Shown piece after piece: positions 57,625 through 64,000 of a stretch of 64,000 bases of DNA; position 1 is the first letter of the stretch; each line of letters opens with the position of its first letter. The stretch is from IMG/VR virus record IMGVR_UViG_3300037067_027616, positions 96,001 to 160,000 of that record. One strand, 5' to 3'. A model generated the notes under the pieces. It made no database searches and was not told the origin of the DNA. It saw nothing but the letters and a program-made list of their open reading frames with translations. The position numbers and the translations under genes were made by a program. The stretch comes from a virus (Duplodnaviria > Caudoviricetes).

Positions 57625-60600
57625 ATGGCTATTATGACCAACAAACTCGGCGTAGAACTTATGAATAAACTGGTAGGGTTGACGACCAGCGATGTCTATG
57701 ATCCAAAACGCGACCGAAAGTTGTTCGGTGACTTCACGGATGAACTCGTTAGGGAAATTTCTGGCGCGACTTATGCCCCTGAAGTTGTGGGTGTTATAGA
57801 GGAAACTGCCAAGAACGCCCAACAGGACGAATCTGCTGAATTCAGCAAAATGACCCACCAAAACAAAATAAAAGAATTGATTCGCGTATTGCATTGGGCA
57901 GAAGACACGACAGACCTTACACTTGGTCAAGCACCACAGGTATCTGCCCGAATACTTAAATCTATATACATACCGGATGTGTCCCACGTGAAAACGGATA
58001 CGAATGCTCCGGAGTTGGTTAATGCAGGTCCTCTTACAGAAGCCGAACTCAGTTTTTTCGAGAACGCCCCTGCATCGGCCACTATGTCAGAATACAACGA
58101 AGAACGCAACAAGCGTACCCCCACCAAAGATACCCTGCCGGAAACGTACGATCCGCTTACTTGGAATGACATAGGCAAAGACGCAGACGTGCAAAAGGTA
58201 ATCAACGCCGTGAGGTTCTTCCTTGGAAACCGCGAAGTCAAGGATGGAAAAAAGACCTATTCAAGGCGTGTGAAGGAACCACCCCTCAAGAGGTATCTCG
58301 CCGATTTGGCAACAGATGAGGCTGAAAATGAAGGCGAATCAAAAAAAGGCGGTACGGAAAGCGCCCAAAAAGTAAAAGACTTGATATTCAGGTTGCTTGG
58401 CCACGTGCGCGATGAGAAATACAAAGCTTGGGATGAAGCGCGCCGCAAGATGGTCGAACAACAACACGCTATCAATCCAGAACCTCTCAGTCCTGTCGAA
58501 AAAACCCACGCCATGTTCTATGGTGAAAACCACGGTAAAGACAGCGATGCCGCTAAAACTCTTGGAAGAACGAAGGCGCAACTCAAGCACGCAGTGGATA
58601 ATATCTTCAACAAAAGCGTTACTAAGTCCGGGGACATCCTTGGCGACCACAAAGTTGTGGCAATCAACGCAGGCGCCTTGAACGCTTCTATAAAAGCCTT
58701 CAAAAGATATCTCCAAGAAATGGGAAAAGAACGAAAAAGCAAAGATGACAGTGGCAAGGATATTGCCGTCCCAACAAACTTGCAAACGGATTTGAAGAGC
58801 CTGAAGAACTTCATAAACACCGGGGCTCACAAACCGGACATGCAAACATATAAGGATTTGCTCGGGCAACTTAATGGTGCTATTTCTGACGCCAACCTCA
58901 CCGAGGATCAAAGGGATTCTCTTTATGGGATATTCCCCAGTGCCTCCGGCGAAGAACGGTCGATGAAAACGGTGAATGACTGGATCTCCGGATTAGAAGA
59001 ACGCTCTGGATCTGCTAAAAAGAGGTCAAAGGAAATCGAAGATAAAATAAAGTTGCCTGAAGAAGATCGTGGGTCTTTGAAGAACATGATCGAACTTGCC
59101 AATAATAAAAGGTCAGAAGCTTACGAAGCTTATAGGAAGGCCCATACCCTCTCCGAGGATCTTGCCCCGAAGATCTTGAGAGATCTGCGGTCTCCGTTTC
59201 TCGTGCGCGGTGCGGATTTGTCTAACAAGGAAATTGAAGAATTGGCCGATCGCGTGTACAAGGTTACTTTGGAAAAATATGCTCCCAGGTACGGTGAGGA
59301 GAATGTAAAACGAGTTTTTGATTATGCTAAAAAGTACATGTTGGCTAAACATGAAGAGGAATCAACGTTGGAGGACATCAAATCTTCAAAAGATGGTGAA
59401 CTTTTGTATAACCTTGATACAGCCAAGAAAAACGAAGAAAACACTAAAAGACTTCTTGACGGCGCATTGTCACTCGTTGTGGAGAAAAGCACACCAGGAG
59501 ATAAAAATAAGTCGTATGACTTCTCGAACGATTCTTTGAAAGATATTCACAAAAAAGCTGACGGCCTTGTGAATTGGGTGTTCAATACAAGGGACGAGAG
59601 CATCAAATCAGCAAATTTCAAGGGTGTGAGAGATTTGATCCAAAAGCTTGATGACATACGAAAGAAGCTCGTCAAACTTTCGAGGACCTCCAAAGCAGCA
59701 ATGTTTTGGGACTATGGAACCGGTTGGATGTATCGGGACAAAGATGCAAAAACTCCCGCAGCATTCGGAGAGGGTAAATTTGACGAAGGAGCGTTGCTTT
59801 CTGATGACCCGGAAAAATGGATATCTGATTTACAAAATGACAGCAGGCTGAATTTTCTTGAAACGAAAACAGATGAACTATTTAAAGCCGGAAAAGGAAA
59901 GCCAGAAACAGTTGCTGGTCCGAGCTTCTCTCAAATACCCGTTATTTACAACCACATTGTTCGATTGATATCAAAATTGAAAAATTTCGACCCAAATGCG
60001 GTGAAGGACAAAATGATAAACGAGGCTATTTCGAGGGCCAACATTGGATACACTATTCGTTCGAAAGAAACCCAGAAGAAGAAAAAAACCGAAGAGAAGG
60101 AACGTCAGAAAGCCTACGAATCAGAAAACATAAAGCCCATTGAAATGGTTAAAGCAGAACCTGCGGCTCAACCACAACCCGAAGCCACGCCAAAAAGCGC
60201 TTCAAGTTTGTCCCAACTTGTAGTAGCGTTCATGGACAGGGTGGCCGCTATGCGCGAGGCCACATTTGATTTCTTGAGTCGCACCGCGAAGGGAAGAAAA
60301 ATACGTCCCGAGATACTCCCCGCCCATACGAAGCGCGAGAAGAAAACCGGCCCTGTGTACCTCAACGCATTTTTCATCGACCCCGATGGTGCCGATGAAT
60401 TCATACTTGAATTGGAAAGAAACGGTTTTGACTTCGTGAACTCGTTGGCCATGGAGGATGAAGCCCTATCGGGTAAAACCCCGAAGGAACTTGAGGAAAA
60501 GATGCCCGGTCCGGAGAAAAAGCCGGAACAGGCACAACCAGCCCGGGGTCACAAATTCGATATAGACGAAGCCATAGTAAAGACGATGATGAAAGGATCT

Positions 60601-63600
60601 TCGAGAATTCAAGAGCATATCTTGAAAAACAAAGATCGCATGGCGGATGTGCTTGGCAAACGTCTTAAAAACGTAGATGACCAGATGAAAGATGCGAAGA
60701 GAATGGTCGATGTCTACACTGCTGAGGTGGCAAACACCGAATTAAGAAACAAATTGAGCTTTTTGAAAGAACTTGCCTCATTCATACGGAATCCGGAGAA
60801 GGTAATAAAAGACTACGTACCTTTGGCGTTCCCTGAAAAAGCATGGAGCATGAGGCAACGTGAATTAAAGAACCAACAAAAGGATGTCGAGAAAATAATA
60901 GAAAAGGTCAAGCGTCGTAAAGAATTTGACCTCCGTCGCAATAAATTGAAAGCTAAATACGAAAGCATGGGGATCGACCCCGAAACGCGTGATGACTATC
61001 GTTATGCTGACAAGGTAGTTAAGCAAGTCGATAATTTGAAGAAGTTCATGTCTTTGAGCGAGTTGTATGAAATGTACGAAGACTTGCCGGAGTACGACAA
61101 GATAAACAGGCAGATACGGGGCATACGCAGTCGGGCAAATAAAAAAGGCCAGATGACTGATGCTGAATCGGATGAATTGTACGCCTTGGAGCAACGGGTA
61201 AGCAGACTTGATGCGTATTTGTCCAAAAAGGAAAGCTTCAAAAATATTCAGAAGCTTTATCCTGCAGAATCTGCACAATATACGGATCCCGAAACCGAAG
61301 CCTTGTACAAAAAACAGGTGAAAGACGTTCCTGAAGATGTCAAATCCGAGAAGCGTTATCAGTACGAGCAGAGGATGAAGGAGTTAGATGACCTGTCATC
61401 ATGGGATGAATTCAAGTCGTGGATAAGGAAGATACAGAAGGCGAAGCCCTCATCAGAAACAACATCAAAAGTATCCTTGGAGATTACTAGACAAAAGGCT
61501 TTGATAGAATCTCTGAAGAAAAGAATATCCAAGGCGGAAGGGGAAGCAAAATCTTTAAAGGGTGAAGATGCCACGAAGGCGAAGGCTCTCATCGATGATT
61601 TGAAGAAAAATCTTACCTCTGCGGAATCGAGCCTCTCCCAAGATGAGAAGAAGTTAGTAACCATGACTTCCCGCAAAAAAGGTCTTGGGGACACCCAATT
61701 TGGGAAAACGGAACCCAAAGAATTGGTTCGTTTAAGGAAAGAAGTTGCCGATGCCGAGGAACAACTGAAGAACGCCCCCGAAAACGAACGTGAAAACGCT
61801 AAAACTCGTCTTGAAGGACTAAAAGGTAAATTGACATCTGCAGAGGAAGATTTCAAAAAAACAAAAGCTTTGCGTGAAAAAGGGGTAAGTGACATAGGCC
61901 TTGGAGAATACGAGCCCAAAGAAGGTCGCAGATTGTGGGACAGATTCATGGACAATGTTAAAAATATCGTTGTCTTGGGAATGAAGAAAGATAGATATCC
62001 TAAGATGCTATTTGATTTGGCTAACGAAAACGTACTTTCGTACGTGGCGCCAGACGAATTCTTAAAAACGGTAAGCGATATGGAAAGACGCCTTTCGGAA
62101 GCTGGTGTAAAAAAATATTTGGTTCTCAAAAATTTGTTCGGATCCGAAGGCGATTGGAACACGATGAAGTCCTCCATAGAAAAACGCTTGGATTCGCTGA
62201 AAACCAATGCCGAAGACAAGAAGAAGGTGTTGGGGGAGGCCAGGAAGAAGCTGGAGGAACTCAAAAAAAGCACACCGGTGGAACCTGGAGAAGACGAACA
62301 AAATGTAGTGACAGAAGCCGAGTCCGATGTGAAAGGCCTTGAGAACGACATATCCTATACACTTGAAAACGAAAAAGCTTTACGCGGATTGATGGAAGAA
62401 ATAGACTCCATGTACTCCAAGCAGAAGGAATTGAGCAAAGCCTCTGAACCCGGGCTATCAAAAAATATCAATGAGGTGTTGTCGAAACCGCTACCGAAGC
62501 CCACAATGACAGATGCTGAAATGAAACAGACGGTCGAACAGTATGTGAAATCCAAAAACAGGCAAAAAATAATTGACTTCGTATTGGATGTGGACAATGC
62601 CAACAAGCCCATACAGAACGAATTGGAAATCTTGAAGAACACAAAATCTTCTGTGGACAAACTCTATGGGGACAGTCCAGAACGACAGGAAATGTATCGC
62701 AAGGTTGATGACAGAAAGAAAGAATTGTCTGAACTCCTTGTCAGTGACCCTCGAGAGTATTATGTCAACAAGGTTGTCGAGGGCTTCAAATCCCGTATGA
62801 AGGAAATGAGTCCCGAGCAGGAGAGCAAAATAAGAAAAGAACTCACGGAACATTTGGAAAAGAAAATCCCGGGTTCAAGGTGGAAAGCATACGAAGAAGA
62901 AGAGAAAAAGAAGGAAACTTCGGGATTAAAACCAAAAATGGTCATTGAAAAATACCTTCAATTATACCCCCTGTCATTCGGCGGTGAATCGGCCATAAGA
63001 GCTGTCGCCAAAAGTACCGTTGATTCCTTAAGTAAAAAGGCAGACGGCACCACGGATTCCCTAGGATTCAAAGAACTCGTGCGGGATGCTAAAAAATACG
63101 AATCCACTGCGCTCCAATTGGGAGACAGTTTCAAAAAATTTGTTGTAATAGGAACTACACAGGTTGTTATTAGATCTTTAGAGGATGTCGACAAGATGGA
63201 AAATCGATTTGTAAATTCTCTCTCTACGGTAAATGCCTATATCGATTTTGCCAACGAAACGCGTGCTGTGGTTGACTCCGCAGCGAATAAACTTGAAGCA
63301 TCCATTCCTAAAGACACACAAGAATGGAAGAAAAGTTCTGCCGAGGGCGTTAAGAAATTGGAGGAAATGAAGAAAGAAATAGATGACTTTTGGTCAGAGA
63401 TTAAAAAAGATATACTTGAATACAGAAAAAACAAAAATTTAAAACTAAACCTTGGCAAGGCCCAGCCTTTGAAGCCGGAAGAATCAGATCCGTTTTGGAG
63501 CACTCGGACACGCTACGAGGACATGCCAAAAGCACAAAAAGGAGTACCCGGACGCACAAAGCGCAAGACAGATTACCCGCTCCAAAAGGATACTGACCCC

Positions 63601-64000
63601 GAGTGGGGAAAACCTGCGCCGGTAGACGAATCAATCCCCGAAGCGGTAATGTCTAAAACCGCCTCTGAAGATGATGATGGTATCGACAAGAGCAACATCG
63701 AAAATTGGCTAAAATCGTCACCTCGCAAATATCTTGAAGATTTGTCACGCATAGGTATAAATGACTGGGATCTCATCGAGAGCCTTTATGGCGAGAAGAA
63801 GGCAGAGTACCGTGACCTCGTGCGTGGCAACCAGATGATAATCGATGGGCCGGAGGCTAAAGAACGCGTCAAGAAAATGATGGAGGAAGTAGATCGCAAA
63901 GCGAAGGAGTTGGCACGCATCGAATCTTTGAAAGACATGAGGATTCCGATCGGGGGACAGATGGTGAAGGTGTCCGATGTCGGCGATGTGTTCAACAGGG
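57625..64000 (+). CDS. giant Lys/Glu-rich protein (>2120 aa, 3' end outside window)
   Basis: ATG at 57625 after AGGGG SD; frame appears open to the window end (spot-checked); missing from the ORF track because it has no stop. Confidence 0.85.
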   Translation, partial: MAIMTNKLGVELMNKLVGLTTSDVYDPKRDRKLFGDFTDELVREISGATYAPEVVGVIEETAKNAQQDESAEFSKMTHQNKIKELIRVLHWAEDTTDLTLGQAPQVSARILKSIYIPDVSHVKTDTNAPELVNAGPLTEAELSFFENAPASATMSEYNEERNKRTPTKDTLPETYDPLTWNDIGKDADVQKVINAVRFFLGNREVKDGKKTYSRRVKEPPLKRYLADLATDEAENEGESKKGGTESAQKVKDLIFRLLGHVRDEKYKAWDEARRKMVEQQHAINPEPLSPVEKTHAMFYGENHGKDSDAAKTLGRTKAQLKHAVDNIFNKSVTKSGDILGDHKVVAINAGALNASIKAFKRYLQEMGKERKSKDDSGKDIAVPTNLQTDLKSLKNFINTGAHKPDMQTYKDLLGQLNGAISDANLTEDQRDSLYGIFPSASGEERSMKTVNDWISGLEERSGSAKKRSKEIEDKIKLPEEDRGSLKNMIELANNKRSEAYEAYRKAHTLSEDLAPKILRDLRSPFLVRGADLSNKEIEELADRVYKVTLEKYAPRYGEENVKRVFDYAKKYMLAKHEEESTLEDIKSSKDGELLYNLDTAKKNEENTKRLLDGALSLVVEKSTPGDKNKSYDFSNDSLKDIHKKADGLVNWVFNTRDESIKSANFKGVRDLIQKLDDIRKKLVKLSRTSKAAMFWDYGTGWMYRDKDAKTPAAFGEGKFDEGALLSDDPEKWISDLQNDSRLNFLETKTDELFKAGKGKPETVAGPSFSQIPVIYNHIVRLISKLKNFDPNAVKDKMINEAISRANIGYTIRSKETQKKKKTEEKERQKAYESENIKPIEMVKAEPAAQPQPEATPKSASSLSQLVVAFMDRVAAMREATFDFLSRTAKGRKIRPEILPAHTKREKKTGPVYLNAFFIDPDGADEFILELERNGFDFVNSLAMEDEALSGKTPKELEEKMPGPEKKPEQAQPARGHKFDIDEAIVKTMMKGSSRIQEHILKNKDRMADVLGKRLKNVDDQMKDAKRMVDVYTAEVANTELRNKLSFLKELASFIRNPEKVIKDYVPLAFPEKAWSMRQRELKNQQKDVEKIIEKVKRRKEFDLRRNKLKAKYESMGIDPETRDDYRYADKVVKQVDNLKKFMSLSELYEMYEDLPEYDKINRQIRGIRSRANKKGQMTDAESDELYALEQRVSRLDAYLSKKESFKNIQKLYPAESAQYTDPETEALYKKQVKDVPEDVKSEKRYQYEQRMKELDDLSSWDEFKSWIRKIQKAKPSSETTSKVSLEITRQKALIESLKKRISKAEGEAKSLKGEDATKAKALIDDLKKNLTSAESSLSQDEKKLVTMTSRKKGLGDTQFGKTEPKELVRLRKEVADAEEQLKNAPENERENAKTRLEGLKGKLTSAEEDFKKTKALREKGVSDIGLGEYEPKEGRRLWDRFMDNVKNIVVLGMKKDRYPKMLFDLANENVLSYVAPDEFLKTVSDMERRLSEAGVKKYLVLKNLFGSEGDWNTMKSSIEKRLDSLKTNAEDKKKVLGEARKKLEELKKSTPVEPGEDEQNVVTEAESDVKGLENDISYTLENEKALRGLMEEIDSMYSKQKELSKASEPGLSKNINEVLSKPLPKPTMTDAEMKQTVEQYVKSKNRQKIIDFVLDVDNANKPIQNELEILKNTKSSVDKLYGDSPERQEMYRKVDDRKKELSELLVSDPREYYVNKVVEGFKSRMKEMSPEQESKIRKELTEHLEKKIPGSRWKAYEEEEKKKETSGLKPKMVIEKYLQLYPLSFGGESAIRAVAKSTVDSLSKKADGTTDSLGFKELVRDAKKYESTALQLGDSFKKFVVIGTTQVVIRSLEDVDKMENRFVNSLSTVNAYIDFANETRAVVDSAANKLEASIPKDTQEWKKSSAEGVKKLEEMKKEIDDFWSEIKKDILEYRKNKNLKLNLGKAQPLKPEESDPFWSTRTRYEDMPKAQKGVPGRTKRKTDYPLQKDTDPEWGKPAPVDESIPEAVMSKTASEDDDGIDKSNIENWLKSSPRKYLEDLSRIGINDWDLIESLYGEKKAEYRDLVRGNQMIIDGPEAKERVKKMMEEVDRKAKELARIESLKDMRIPIGGQMVKVSDVGDVFNR

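Noticed and set aside
61359-62351. 330-aa minus-strand ORF and similar ORFs at 52-64 kb
   Set aside because: These are Ser/Phe/Leu-rich antisense shadows of the Lys/Glu-rich plus-strand genes.
1-64000. stop-codon reassignment
   Set aside because: Long genes are intact in code 11 and TAA, TAG and TGA all end genes at tight junctions. The single internal TAG (47218) is explained by a point mutation.

Overview
This window looks like part of a large (jumbo-type) dsDNA phage genome. Positions 1-51.7 kb are a dense, almost entirely minus-strand region of small hypothetical genes driven by about 15 near-consensus sigma70 promoters (TTGACA-N17-TATATT). Recognisable genes include a WGR-domain ATP-dependent DNA ligase, two MoxR-type AAA+/VWA pairs, two radical SAM proteins, a class I SAM methyltransferase and a C5 DNA methyltransferase apparently split over two overlapping frames. 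From 51.7 kb, very large Lys/Glu-rich plus-strand ORFs follow (possibly virion proteins), including one of more than 2100 aa that runs off the window end. Four observations stand out. (1) An integron-like array of small gene cassettes at 44.3-48.1 kb is bounded by attC-like palindromes whose core sites match cassette by cassette, and no integrase is visible. (2) An operon at 7.3-8.9 kb has a small beta-rich protein followed by five tandem MNQA-leader (Ser-X)n peptides. (3) A tRNA-Ala-like RNA carries a second T-loop. (4) A short C-terminal module is shared by at least 8 mostly unrelated proteins. All calls come from reading motifs by eye; no database searches were run.
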